A stretch of 64,000 nt of DNA from a virus (taxonomy: Duplodnaviria > Caudoviricetes), in IMG/VR virus record IMGVR_UViG_3300015608_004761, positions 35,907 to 99,906 of that record, one strand, 5' to 3'. Made by a program: the position numbers and the translations under genes. Position 1 is the stretch's first letter, and the number at the start of each line of letters is the position of its first letter. Positions 27,601-37,648 of the stretch are shown here, piece after piece. The notes under the pieces were generated by a model. The model saw only the letters and a program-made list of their open reading frames with translations. It made no database searches and was not told the DNA's origin.

Positions 27601-29396
27601 CAACCACCGTCGGTCACCTCCTCATCAACGCGGCCCTCCCTGACACGCACCAGATCTCGGGGCCCGTGACCAACAAGTTCCTCCACGACCACGTGGTGGA
27701 CTTGGCCCGCTCGGACCCGCAGAAGTACGTGCGCACCGTCACGGACCTGAAGCGGCGCGGGGACGAGATCGCCACGCTCGAAGGGATCTCGGTGGGCCTG
27801 GACGACATCCGGCCCGACTACGCCGCGCGCGACGCGATCGTGAAGCCCGCCGTCGCCGCCCTGCGCAAGGCCACCTCGACGGGCGAGAAGGAGCGGGTCA
27901 TCACCGAGGCGCAGAGCCGGATGCTGGCGTACACCAAGACCCACCCGGGCTCGATGACGCACATGGCCCTCTCGGGCGCGCGCGGCAACCCAGCGCAGCT
28001 CATGAAGATCGTGGGGACGCCGCTCGCGACTACGCACCCGCGCGAGGGCCTCGTGCCGCGCGTCCTGGAGCGGTCGTACTCCGAGGGGCTCTCCCCGGCC
28101 GACTACTGGCTCACCGGGCCCGAGGTCCGGGCCAACGAGGTCGCGGCACGCATCTCGGTGAGCGAGCCCGGCGAGATGGCCAAGGTGCTCGTGGCGAACA
28201 TGATCTCGAACGTGGTGACGACGCACGACTGCGGCACGCACGCGGGCGTGCGCCTATCGCTCTCAGACACGCACGTGCTCGACCGCTACGCCCAGGACAA
28301 CAAGGGCGTCCCGCGCAACACCCTGGTGACCCCGAGACTCGTCCAGTCGCTCAAGGCCCAAGGGACGACGGACCTCTACGTGCGGTCGCCCATGACGTGC
28401 GGGGCGAGCAGAGGCGTCTGCCAGATGTGCCAGGGTCACAACGAGAAGGGTCAGCCCCAGCCCATCGGGATGACCGTCGGCGTGCGGGCGGCCCAGGCGA
28501 TGGCCGAGCCCCTCACCCAGATGGCGCTCTCCAGCCGACACGGAACGCTCACCGTCAAGATGACGACCAAGAGCCCAACGGGGCTGAAGGGCGTTCGTCA
28601 GTTCCTGGAGATCCCCAAGGCGTTCCGCCACGAGGCGGCCCTGGCGCCGGTCACGGGTCAGGTCACGGCCGTCGAGCGGGCGCCGCAGGGCGGCCACTAC
28701 ATCCGCGTGGGGACCTCGAAGCTCTACGCGGACCCGGAGCTGGAGCTGCGCGTGCGCGTGGGCGATCACGTCGAGGCGGGCGACGCGCTCACCGACGGCG
28801 TGCCTCACCCGGCCAAGGTGGTCGAGCACAAGGGTCTCGGCGCGGGGCGCGAGTACTTCGTGAACGCCCTGCACAAGGTCTACAAGGACGAGGGCGTGAA
28901 CCTCGACCGGCGGCACCTGGAGCTCCTCGCCAAGAGCGAGATCAATCACGTGCGTCTGGGCGAGGTGGACCCCCGCCACCCCGAGCTGCTCAAGGGCGAC
29001 GTGGTGAACTACAACACCTTCCGCGACGCCTACGCCACCGACGCCCACCCCGTGCCGACCGAGCGCGCCGTGGGGATGCGCCTCGGCAAGGAGGTCCTGC
29101 ACCACACGGTGGGCACGCCCGTGACGGAGAGCCTCGCGCGCGAGCTGCGCGCCCGGGGCGTGGGCGAGGTGCACGTCGCGCGCGGCATGCCAGCCGTCGA
29201 GTTCGTGATGAAGCCCTTCACTATGAACCCGCTCCTCGACAAGGACTGGATGGCGAGGCTCGCCCACCGCTACCTGAAGAGCACCTTGCAGGACGCCGCC
29301 CACACCGGGGACGAGGCGGACCTGCACTCCACCCACCCCGTCCCGGCATGGGCCTTCGGGGCCGAACTGCACCACGGGGCGGGCGGCAACTTCTGA
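27597..29396 (+). CDS. Phage RNA polymerase beta' C-terminal subunit
   Basis: TTVG, SGARGN, SYSEGLS, DCGT, RSPMTC..GVCQMC, trigger loop AAQAMAEPLTQMALSSRH, RHLELL. Confidence 0.9.
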   Translation: MTTTVGHLLINAALPDTHQISGPVTNKFLHDHVVDLARSDPQKYVRTVTDLKRRGDEIATLEGISVGLDDIRPDYAARDAIVKPAVAALRKATSTGEKERVITEAQSRMLAYTKTHPGSMTHMALSGARGNPAQLMKIVGTPLATTHPREGLVPRVLERSYSEGLSPADYWLTGPEVRANEVAARISVSEPGEMAKVLVANMISNVVTTHDCGTHAGVRLSLSDTHVLDRYAQDNKGVPRNTLVTPRLVQSLKAQGTTDLYVRSPMTCGASRGVCQMCQGHNEKGQPQPIGMTVGVRAAQAMAEPLTQMALSSRHGTLTVKMTTKSPTGLKGVRQFLEIPKAFRHEAALAPVTGQVTAVERAPQGGHYIRVGTSKLYADPELELRVRVGDHVEAGDALTDGVPHPAKVVEHKGLGAGREYFVNALHKVYKDEGVNLDRRHLELLAKSEINHVRLGEVDPRHPELLKGDVVNYNTFRDAYATDAHPVPTERAVGMRLGKEVLHHTVGTPVTESLARELRARGVGEVHVARGMPAVEFVMKPFTMNPLLDKDWMARLAHRYLKSTLQDAAHTGDEADLHSTHPVPAWAFGAELHHGAGGNF

Positions 29397-29416
29397 CGTT
29401 AGGCTTGTCCCGAGCC

Positions 29417-30220
29417 ATGCCCGCCTCCCCAGACGACCGCGAGCAATACGCCGTACGAACCCTCCGACGCTACGGCTTGGAGAAGTTCGCCTCGGACCCG
29501 TCCCTCCTGGGCCGGCTCGGCGCCGGGGCCAAGTGGCTCTTCTCGCGCCACCCCAACACGCACACCCACATGGGGATGGGCCCCGCGACCTACCGGGAGG
29601 TGCCGGGCCTCCTCTGGGGAACGAACCGGGTCCCCTCCCTCAGCCGGATGTATCAAGAGCTGCCGGGCCGGGGGCCCGGACTCGTCAACGCGCTCAAGGA
29701 CCACGGGCAGGCGTGGGGGGACCTCGTGCGCGACATCTATCTTGGCAGCCCCGTGGACGCCTGGAAGAGCTTCCAGCAGCACAAGCAGAACTCCGGGTCG
29801 ACCCTCGGCGGCCTCGGCCGCTTCGCCAAGGAGTACTACTGGCACCCGCAGTCCGGTGGCTTCATGAACGCCCTGGGCGTCGCGGCCACCGGCTACGACC
29901 TCTACCGCGCCTTAACGGGCGACCCGTCGCAGCGACGCGGGGACATGGCGGCGGCGCTCACGGGCGCGGCGATCGCCCCCGTCACCGGGCACATGGGGGC
30001 GCTCCTCGGCGCCCCGATCCACCTCGGAGTGATCGGTCTCGCTCGACGCCTGGGTCATAAGTTCGACCCTCCCGCGACCGGCGAATCGCAGCCCACCCCC
30101 TACGCTCCGCGCTTGGACCCTCGTGGCCACACGCGCCGCTGGCTGCGCACCTCCCCCAACGTCCCCTACCTCGGGGAGGGCTTCCCGGAGATGCCCGACC
30201 TCACCGACCTCGCACCCTAA
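29417..30220 (+). CDS. Putative internal virion protein with RYGLEKFA leader and Gly-rich hydrophobic segments
   Basis: Leader resembles those of the genes at 62.7-64 kb. Confidence 0.6.
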   Translation: MPASPDDREQYAVRTLRRYGLEKFASDPSLLGRLGAGAKWLFSRHPNTHTHMGMGPATYREVPGLLWGTNRVPSLSRMYQELPGRGPGLVNALKDHGQAWGDLVRDIYLGSPVDAWKSFQQHKQNSGSTLGGLGRFAKEYYWHPQSGGFMNALGVAATGYDLYRALTGDPSQRRGDMAAALTGAAIAPVTGHMGALLGAPIHLGVIGLARRLGHKFDPPATGESQPTPYAPRLDPRGHTRRWLRTSPNVPYLGEGFPEMPDLTDLAP

Positions 30221-30248
30221 CATTCGACCGCAAGGAGATCCCCATCAG

Positions 30249-32165
30249 ATGCGCCTCTTCCCCCGAACCTTCTTCCAGGGCATGCACGACTCCCTCGTCG
30301 ATGCGGGTGCCATGCACCCCTTCCCCACCGACAAGATCGCGATGGCCGTGTTCGACCAGCTCGCGGACGAGGCGGGGTTCCCCCCGATCCTGGAGGCGCC
30401 CGTGCCCAAGACGGCCGCCGTCCAGCTCGCCGGCCGCATGAAGATGGCCTCCGACCGCATCGCGCAGTCGGAGTACGCACCCTCGGTCACGCGCATCGCG
30501 CAGGCCAAGTACGCGAGCTCCTTCGACCTGGAGGACCGCGCGGGCATGGTCGCCGAGTTCTACATGGAGAAGGCCGCGAGCGAAAACTCGCTCACCCCGC
30601 AGGGCGAGAACACCCTGGCCGACGCGGCCGGCTACGACACCGTCGCCGCGCTCGACAACCGCAACCGCCCCGAGGGGACCTACACCCACGGCGAGCGCGG
30701 CGGCACCAACCTCCCCACGCCGGGCATCCTCGGCCGCGAGGTCGCGGCGCCCGGCGCGCCGATGGCGAAGAAGGCCAACCTGGAGAGCATCCTGGCCGCG
30801 TTCAAGGCCGCCCCAAGCCGGATCGGCGAGCACGCCTCTCAGATCGGCAGTCGCCTCACCAGCAACCCCGTGCAGAGCGCCCGCACCGCCCTCAACGCGA
30901 TGGGCGATCTGCGCGCGATGGCGCGGAACAACGGCGCCGTTCGCAGCTTCACCAACGTCGCCGAGCACGGCCAGCGCCTCTTCGAGCGCAACGAGGCGCT
31001 GAAGAACCTCGCCACCCAGGCGGGGGCGGGGGCCGTCGGTATCGGCAGCATCGGTGCCGGGGCCATGGGCATCCGCAGCCTGATGGGCGGCGGCAAGCAG
31101 GAGCCCGCCCCCGAGGACATCGCCAAGGCGGCGATGGAGGTGTGCGCCAACGAGGACATGCCGGTCGCCGACGTGGTGGGCGGCGGTGGCGAGATGGGCG
31201 GCGCGGACCCCGAGCAGATGGGCCGCGTGATGACGTTCCTGCACGCGCTCAAGAACAAGATCCCCGGCCTGCGGCCGAGCCCGGAGGCGCAGATCGGCGC
31301 GGCGGGCCTCGGGGAGCAGGGCGAGCAGGGCCTCCAGGTGATGGCACACGTGCTGGAGACCGCCAAGACGGCCGAGGAGGCCGACGGGATGCTCCAGCAC
31401 ATCCTCCAGGTGCTCACCGAGCAGGGTGTTCCCCCGTCGCCCGAGCTCGTGCAGGCGATCAGCGAGGCGCTCTCCGACGAGGGCGGCGGCGAGCACCCGA
31501 CGGCGGGCGCGCCGCCGCCCCCGCCCTCGGACGGCGGCGGTGGCGAGGTGCCGCCCGACGCGAAGACGGCCGGGATCATGGACCGCCTCCGCGCGGGCGG
31601 GAAGTCGGTCTCGGACGCGGCCGGTCGCGGCACCAAGGCGGTGGGCGACGCTGCGCGCTCGGCGGGCAACGCGGTGATACACAACAAGCTGCGCACGGCG
31701 GGCGGCGTCTTGGGCTCGGCGATCCTGGTCGGCGGCGGCGTCGCGGCCAAGAACCACTTCGGCAAGAAGAAGGAGGACGAGGCCTCGAAGACCGCCGAGG
31801 ATTTCTGGAACTCGATCCTCAAGCAGAGCGGCGACGGCAACGACGGCTCGCTCACCTCGCAGGGGGAGAACACCCTGGCCGACGCGGCCGGCTACGACAC
31901 CGTCGCCAAGCTCGACCTGCGGAACCGCCCCGAGGGGGCCTACGCCACGGCGCAGGGCCAGACCCAGCTCAAGACCGAGTCCGGCGAGGTCGGCGACGAG
32001 AAGAAGGCCGAGGACGCCTACTGGGACAACATCCGCAAGGTGGCCGAGGAGTGGGGCGCCAAGCTCCCCGCCGCGATGGCCATCGAGGACAAGCGCGCCG
32101 CGATCCAGAAGATCGCCTCCGTCGCCCCGAGGGAGCGCGCCGCGCTCGTCGCCGGCCTGCGCTGA
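30249..32165 (+). CDS. Putative internal virion polyprotein with more than 10 KxA motifs and a duplicated module
   Basis: AAGGAG RBS; internal repeat GENTLADAAGYDTVA. Confidence 0.7.
   Translation: MRLFPRTFFQGMHDSLVDAGAMHPFPTDKIAMAVFDQLADEAGFPPILEAPVPKTAAVQLAGRMKMASDRIAQSEYAPSVTRIAQAKYASSFDLEDRAGMVAEFYMEKAASENSLTPQGENTLADAAGYDTVAALDNRNRPEGTYTHGERGGTNLPTPGILGREVAAPGAPMAKKANLESILAAFKAAPSRIGEHASQIGSRLTSNPVQSARTALNAMGDLRAMARNNGAVRSFTNVAEHGQRLFERNEALKNLATQAGAGAVGIGSIGAGAMGIRSLMGGGKQEPAPEDIAKAAMEVCANEDMPVADVVGGGGEMGGADPEQMGRVMTFLHALKNKIPGLRPSPEAQIGAAGLGEQGEQGLQVMAHVLETAKTAEEADGMLQHILQVLTEQGVPPSPELVQAISEALSDEGGGEHPTAGAPPPPPSDGGGGEVPPDAKTAGIMDRLRAGGKSVSDAAGRGTKAVGDAARSAGNAVIHNKLRTAGGVLGSAILVGGGVAAKNHFGKKKEDEASKTAEDFWNSILKQSGDGNDGSLTSQGENTLADAAGYDTVAKLDLRNRPEGAYATAQGQTQLKTESGEVGDEKKAEDAYWDNIRKVAEEWGAKLPAAMAIEDKRAAIQKIASVAPRERAALVAGLR
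30587..31943 (+). repeat. Direct repeat of about 97 bp (30587-30683 and 31847-31943) inside the CDS
   Basis: Near-identical DNA and peptide, offset 1260 bp. Confidence 0.9.
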
Positions 32166-32189
32166 CCCGCCTACGCTAGGGTCGAGGCC

Positions 32190-34709
32190 ATGCCCGACCC
32201 CTTCTCCCTCCTCCAGTCCCCGCGCTCCCAAGCCTTCGCCCAGGGTCCCTCGGACCCTGCCGACGAGGAGACCCTGTTCGTGCAGGGGTTCTCCGACCTC
32301 GCGTACAAGGCGATGGGCAAGAGCCAGCCCACGCTCATGGCCGACGTCGTCACCTTCCGCGTCCTGGAGAAGGACGTGGAGAACGGCGAGGCCGTGGGCT
32401 CCTTCATCCTGAAGAAGAGGAACGAGGTCATCTTCGTCCCGGTGGTGCTCGTCGACAACGCGGTCAAGCCCCTGGACATCTTCTACACGCGCAGCCGCGA
32501 CCGCTACTACCCGCTCTCCTCGGGGTGGCTGCGGCAGGTCGCCAACCAGGGCATCTCCTCGGTGGGGACGGCCCTGCGGCCCCCGAACACCCTCTCGCAG
32601 GACGTGGACATCCGGCATCTGGTGGCGCCGCCCATCCAGGGCCGTACGTCGTACGCCAGCGACGAGTCCCACCTGGACGGCCGGGAGGCGTTCACGCGAC
32701 TGCACCGTGAGCTCGGGGACGGCAAGCTCGTCCTCGCCCAGGCCCTGTCGCGCCTGGGGGACCGGCAGAAGGTCGCCGTGCAGGGCGCGCTCCAGAAGCG
32801 CCCCAAGGTGGCCCAGCTCCTGGCCGAGCAGTACGGCGTACCGCTCCTGCGCAACGCGCTGCGCGTGGCGCCGCAGGAGAAGCGCGCCGACACCGGGTAC
32901 GAGCGGCCCCTGCGACGAGACGTCTTCATGGCCAACGCCATGACGCCCCTCCAGGAGTTCCAGCGGGAGCTCGAACCCGGCGAGGTCGCCCACGCCTTCG
33001 GCCAGTCCCGGGCCAAGGGGTTCTACGTGCGCGACCTGCGCAAGAACCACGACGAGCTCTTCTCGCTCTCCGAGACCTCGCTCGCGCTCGCGGAGCCGAA
33101 GACGCCGGGCCTGTACCGCATCTACATGGCCTCGGGCGAGGCGCCCGTGGTCCTGGTGATCCCGAACCCCCCGTCGATCCACCGGGACTGCTCGCTGGAG
33201 ACGCCCGCCCCGCCGCGCCGCGCGACCAAGGAGACGCGCTACCTCGTCGTCTTCGAGGACGGCAAGGCCGCCATGACCGAGCGCCTCTTGGCCGAGGCGG
33301 CACCGGCCGACTACGCCGACCTCGTCGGCTTCGTGCGCAAGATTGCCAAGGACAAGCCGGACGCCTCGGGCCAGGGCAGCCTCGTGACGTTCCGGGGGAC
33401 AACCGTCACGGTCACCATGCCAGAGCGGGCGGCCAACGTCACGAGCCACGGCGACCGGACGACGTTCAACCTCGGGGGGTGCCACACCGTCGTGCGCGTG
33501 AAGGGCGTGCTCGGCAGTGTGGTCAAGCCCCCCTCGCAGGACACCATCCTCATCGGCGCGGACACCCTGTGGCTGCCGCTCAAGATGGAATACATGCGCG
33601 AGGGCGACTTCCTCACCGAGCCGCGCCTCGTCTGGTCGATGATCGAGGCGGGGGCGGTCAAGAGCGGCGCTGAGAAGGTGAGCGTGAAGGTCGCGGCGGA
33701 CGGCGGGTTCATCATCGGCCCGGAGCGGGTTCAGGCCCGTGGCCTGGACGCCCTCCGGCGCGTGGCCGTTCGCTATCAGGTCAAGGTCGCCGACGCCGCC
33801 AACATCCTCCAAGCGGTGCAGAACCGCGTGCCGGTCTCACTCTTCGTCAAGCACGCGGACGGACCGCCCCCGGGCGGCGACCCCTCGCAGGGCGGCGGCG
33901 ACCCATCCATGGGCGGGCAGATGCCGGGCGTGCCGCAGGCCCCGCCCCCGCCGCCCTCGGGCCTGGACCTCGCCATCGCCGAGAAGAGTCAGGTCATCCA
34001 GGCTCAGATCGCCGGGCTCCAGCAGCAGCTCCAGGCGATCAACGAGATCGGCCAGAGGGCCACGATGATCGACCAGGGCGGCGGCGGGGCCATGGCCTCC
34101 CCCATGGGCTCGACGTCCTCCATGGGGCTGCCCCCGGAGGGCGCGGGCGGGGCCCCCCCGATCGCGCCGATGGGGCCCTCCGGCGGGCCCCCCATGGCCC
34201 CTCCGGGGGGTGCTCCGATGGGCCCGCCGCCGGCCGGTGGGATGCCGACCGGCACCGCACCCGCCGCCGGGATGCCGCCGCCCGGGGTGCCCCCGCAGGG
34301 CGACCCCAACGCCATGGCGCAGGGCGGCCCGCCCCCGGTCATGACCGACTCGCCGACGCCGGACACGATCGCCCAGCAGATCAGCCCGAACTTCCTCCAG
34401 GACGCGGCGCTGCTCGGCGACCCCCAGGTGTTCGACGCGGCGGCCGTGGCGACGTTCGCGAGGAGCCGCGCCCTGCGCGAGATCTTCCAGAACTACGCGC
34501 CCACGCTCGACAACGCCCTCGACCGCCTGGGCCGCGCGCTGCTCCTGCTCTACACCCAGGCGCGCGAGATCCGCGAGCAGATCGGCGACGAAGCGCTCCG
34601 GGACCTGGAGCAGCGAACGCGCGAGGTGTTCAAGTCCCTCGGCGACGTCATCCTCATGCTGGAGCAGTACGGCGACCAGTTGAGCCCGGAAGGTCAACCT
34701 GCCGTATAA
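32190..34709 (+). CDS. Large hypothetical head-morphogenesis protein with a Pro/Gly/Met-rich linker
   Basis: Long high-GC3 ORF in the head cluster; KRA, KVA, KHA motifs. Confidence 0.7.
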   Translation: MPDPFSLLQSPRSQAFAQGPSDPADEETLFVQGFSDLAYKAMGKSQPTLMADVVTFRVLEKDVENGEAVGSFILKKRNEVIFVPVVLVDNAVKPLDIFYTRSRDRYYPLSSGWLRQVANQGISSVGTALRPPNTLSQDVDIRHLVAPPIQGRTSYASDESHLDGREAFTRLHRELGDGKLVLAQALSRLGDRQKVAVQGALQKRPKVAQLLAEQYGVPLLRNALRVAPQEKRADTGYERPLRRDVFMANAMTPLQEFQRELEPGEVAHAFGQSRAKGFYVRDLRKNHDELFSLSETSLALAEPKTPGLYRIYMASGEAPVVLVIPNPPSIHRDCSLETPAPPRRATKETRYLVVFEDGKAAMTERLLAEAAPADYADLVGFVRKIAKDKPDASGQGSLVTFRGTTVTVTMPERAANVTSHGDRTTFNLGGCHTVVRVKGVLGSVVKPPSQDTILIGADTLWLPLKMEYMREGDFLTEPRLVWSMIEAGAVKSGAEKVSVKVAADGGFIIGPERVQARGLDALRRVAVRYQVKVADAANILQAVQNRVPVSLFVKHADGPPPGGDPSQGGGDPSMGGQMPGVPQAPPPPPSGLDLAIAEKSQVIQAQIAGLQQQLQAINEIGQRATMIDQGGGGAMASPMGSTSSMGLPPEGAGGAPPIAPMGPSGGPPMAPPGGAPMGPPPAGGMPTGTAPAAGMPPPGVPPQGDPNAMAQGGPPPVMTDSPTPDTIAQQISPNFLQDAALLGDPQVFDAAAVATFARSRALREIFQNYAPTLDNALDRLGRALLLLYTQAREIREQIGDEALRDLEQRTREVFKSLGDVILMLEQYGDQLSPEGQPAV

Positions 34710-34717
34710 CCACCCCC

Positions 34718-35461
34718 ATGCTCCAGACACGCCCCGACGCGCGGGCCCGTGGCGTTCATCAGCGGGTCGGCGCGCAGTCGCCCCCCGACGACCCGGACGA
34801 GCGGGCCCTCTACGAGATCATGCAGGACCGGGCCGTCGACGAGGCGTACGCCCCGCTCGAAGTGGCCTGGGAGCTGGCGCGCGGCCCCGAGCACCACGTG
34901 CTCGACGCCCTGCTGATCGCGCGCGTGCCGGACGAGGCGATCTGCGAGGCGCTGCAAGTGCCCGCCGAGACGGTGAAGCACTACCGGTCCTTTTTTTTCG
35001 ACGTGACCGTGTTCCGTCACGTCTTCGCGGCCCGGCGCTACGTGAAGTCGCTGCCCAACGACGGCTCCGAGGAGTACAAGTCCTACGACCTCGCGCTCAA
35101 CGAGGGAGGCGACAACCTGCTCAACCGCTACCGCCTGGGCGACGCGCCCCTGCCCGACATGAGCGTCCTCCAGGGGAGGATGATTGTGGAGCTCGCGTCG
35201 CGCGCCCGCGAGCACCGGGGCGTGCCGCTCACCAACCGGAAGTCCGTCGAGTCGCTTCGGTGCGCGACCAAGGCCATGGACGGGGCCTCCGCGCGCGCGA
35301 CGGCCACGGCCAAGGCGGGCTCCAGCGGCGCGTCGTCCGAGCGCGCACTCATCATGGCGCTCGTGAGCATGGAGCACACCGTGAAGGCAGACGCCCTGGG
35401 CGTGAACGTGAACGACATCGTGCAGACGGGCCCCGTGCCGCCCGCGCCGGGCACCACCTAA
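34718..35461 (+). CDS. Hypothetical protein with an HTH-like segment
   Basis: VPDEAICEALQVPAETVKHYRSFFFD. Confidence 0.55.
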   Translation: MLQTRPDARARGVHQRVGAQSPPDDPDERALYEIMQDRAVDEAYAPLEVAWELARGPEHHVLDALLIARVPDEAICEALQVPAETVKHYRSFFFDVTVFRHVFAARRYVKSLPNDGSEEYKSYDLALNEGGDNLLNRYRLGDAPLPDMSVLQGRMIVELASRAREHRGVPLTNRKSVESLRCATKAMDGASARATATAKAGSSGASSERALIMALVSMEHTVKADALGVNVNDIVQTGPVPPAPGTT

Positions 35462-35472
35462 CCTATTCGACG

Positions 35473-36276
35473 ATGTGGCAGCAGAAGGACTACGAAGCGC
35501 GGGCGACGGAGATCGCGAAGGCGTACCGCGCCGGCTTGGACATCGGCGGCAGTGACCTGCCCTCGCTGGTGGAGAAGACCGCGCGCGACAACGGCCTGCT
35601 CCCCGAGCAGATCCGGCGCCTCTCCCGCTCGGTCAACACGGCCATGTTCGCCGAGGAGTACGGCGCGAAGACGGGCTCGGACCGGCGCGTCGACTTCACG
35701 CCCGTCGACGAGGACGAGGTGATCGGGCGCTTCCGCACGGCCGAGACACGCGCGACCGCATCCGTAAAGACGGCGAGCTACCCGAGCCTGCCCGACCCCC
35801 GCGTGCGCCCCGAGCGGGTGAAGACGGCCGCCGAGGTGATCGACCCGCTCCTGCCTCCCCCGGCGCCGCTGCCCGTGCGGCGCATGCACGCCAAGGCCGC
35901 GCACGAGCGGCTGCGCACGGACTTGGGGGCGCTGGAGCTCCGGTGGCATGGCGCGCTCGCCAAGGTCGCCCACCACTGCGACCGCATCGGTCATCTGCAC
36001 GGCGACTTCGAGAAGAACGCCGTCGCGGTGCTCGGGGCCGAGTGCCTGCCTGAGCTCGCCCAGATCCGGGAGTCGCTGAAGATGGCCGCGAGCCCCCTCA
36101 CGGCGTCGAAGGTCGCCGAGGTGGCCGACTTCCTCGTCGGCGTCGAGGACGAGCAGACCCGGCACATCCAGGCCGCGATCAGCGCCCGCCACGAGTACGG
36201 CAGGAAGAAGGCCGCGCTCGACGAGGCGGCGCGACAGCTCGAAGCGATCGAGGTGGAGGTGTCCCGTGTCCTCTGA
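35473..36276 (+). CDS. Hypothetical virion protein (KxA-rich)
   Basis: KTARD, KTASY, KTAAE, KVAH, KMAA, KVAE. Confidence 0.7.
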   Translation: MWQQKDYEARATEIAKAYRAGLDIGGSDLPSLVEKTARDNGLLPEQIRRLSRSVNTAMFAEEYGAKTGSDRRVDFTPVDEDEVIGRFRTAETRATASVKTASYPSLPDPRVRPERVKTAAEVIDPLLPPPAPLPVRRMHAKAAHERLRTDLGALELRWHGALAKVAHHCDRIGHLHGDFEKNAVAVLGAECLPELAQIRESLKMAASPLTASKVAEVADFLVGVEDEQTRHIQAAISARHEYGRKKAALDEAARQLEAIEVEVSRVL

Positions 36277-37648
36277 GCTCTACGACCGCATGCGCGTCAA
36301 GGAGGCGGGCCTCGCCTCGCGGGGCGCGGGGTGGGTGCGCAACGCCTTCTCGGGGATGCGCAACGGCGCCGCCGGGGCCGCGCACGCCGTCGAGAGCGCG
36401 GCGGCGCACGCTCACCCCGTCTCGCCGTCCGGCAGCACCGGGGTTCTGGCCCCCGTGTCGACGGCCCTCCATGCTCCCCCCATGGCACCCGGCGGCCGTC
36501 CCGTCGTGCCGCACGCCGACGTGCGCGCCATGCTCCCGCCGGGTGAGGCGATCCACCTCCCGCCGGACGTGCATCTGCCGAGCGCGGCACCCGCCACGGC
36601 TCCCTCGACGGCCGCCCCCGCCGCCTCCGCGCCCGCTGCCGCGCCCGCTGCCGCCCCCGCCGCGCCTTCGCCGGCCCCTGCGACCGGTGCGCCTGCGGCC
36701 CCCAGTACGCCGTACGAGCACCTCGCCCACGGCGCCCGTGGGCTCGCCCAGCAGGGCTGGCAGGGGGCCCAGGCGTGGGGGCAGCAGGCCGGGCAGCTCG
36801 GCAGGCAAGCCGCCCCCTGGGTCGGGGGCGCGGCGGCCGTGGGCGCGGGCGGCTACGCTCTCTCGCGCGCCGGTCGTGGCGCGGACGAACAGGAGGCTCG
36901 CATGCACGACTACGCCGCCAACTCACACCATCAGATGCCGCAGCCCATGCCCGGGATGAGCGTGTACGCGAGTTACGAGGCGTTCGGCGCCGAGAAGCTG
37001 GCCGAGCTACTTGCCGCGCTCAAGCACACCTTCAACGCAGGCGACAGCGCGTCTCGCGCGCTCATCACGCCCGTCCACGAGGCCAAGACGCTCTACTCGC
37101 GCATCCAGGGCGAGCAGACCGAGCACGAGCCGCACACCGCACGCACACTCCGCGAGATGGTCGGCGCTGGGAAGGAAGTGGCCGACTCCGTGAAGAATCA
37201 TCCCTTCGTGCGGGGCTACTACCGCAAGGGTGAGGAAAAGGTGGCCGAGCAGCCCCCGCGCTTCGACGTGCTGACGCCCACGCACAACGCCTTCGCCGTG
37301 GAGTTCGGCAAGGCGCTCGCCAACAAGTTCGTCACCGACCCGATCGACGGGATCCACCGGATCCTGAAGAAGAAGATCGTCGAGGACCCGAAGGCCATGT
37401 CGACCTTCTACGGCGTCATCGAGAGCGACCCCGAGCTCCAGCGCCACTACTCGGAGAACCCCGATCAGGTCCACGACACCTTCAAGGCCCTGCGGCGTTT
37501 CGGGCCTTCGATGGCGGCCTCCCCCGCCGTCGTGCGCAGCTTCCTCCGTCAGTCGATGATGGCAGGCGGGAACATGGACTTCGCCACGATCCGCATGCTC
37601 GCGGAGACCGAGAAGTTCATCCAGAACAGCCGAGGGCAGGGCAAGTGA
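36266..37648 (+). CDS. Hypothetical virion protein (KxA motifs, Pro/Ala linker, Gly-rich helix)
   Basis: KEAG, KLAE, KVAE. Confidence 0.7.
   Translation: MSSELYDRMRVKEAGLASRGAGWVRNAFSGMRNGAAGAAHAVESAAAHAHPVSPSGSTGVLAPVSTALHAPPMAPGGRPVVPHADVRAMLPPGEAIHLPPDVHLPSAAPATAPSTAAPAASAPAAAPAAAPAAPSPAPATGAPAAPSTPYEHLAHGARGLAQQGWQGAQAWGQQAGQLGRQAAPWVGGAAAVGAGGYALSRAGRGADEQEARMHDYAANSHHQMPQPMPGMSVYASYEAFGAEKLAELLAALKHTFNAGDSASRALITPVHEAKTLYSRIQGEQTEHEPHTARTLREMVGAGKEVADSVKNHPFVRGYYRKGEEKVAEQPPRFDVLTPTHNAFAVEFGKALANKFVTDPIDGIHRILKKKIVEDPKAMSTFYGVIESDPELQRHYSENPDQVHDTFKALRRFGPSMAASPAVVRSFLRQSMMAGGNMDFATIRMLAETEKFIQNSRGQGK

Noticed and set aside
21334-29396. Bacterial chromosomal rpoB/rpoC locus
   Set aside because: Highly diverged, differently split, no ribosomal protein neighbours, flanked by portal and head genes
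33860-34345. Collagen-like or special repeat in the Pro/Gly/Met-rich tract
   Set aside because: No G-x-y periodicity; an ordinary disordered linker
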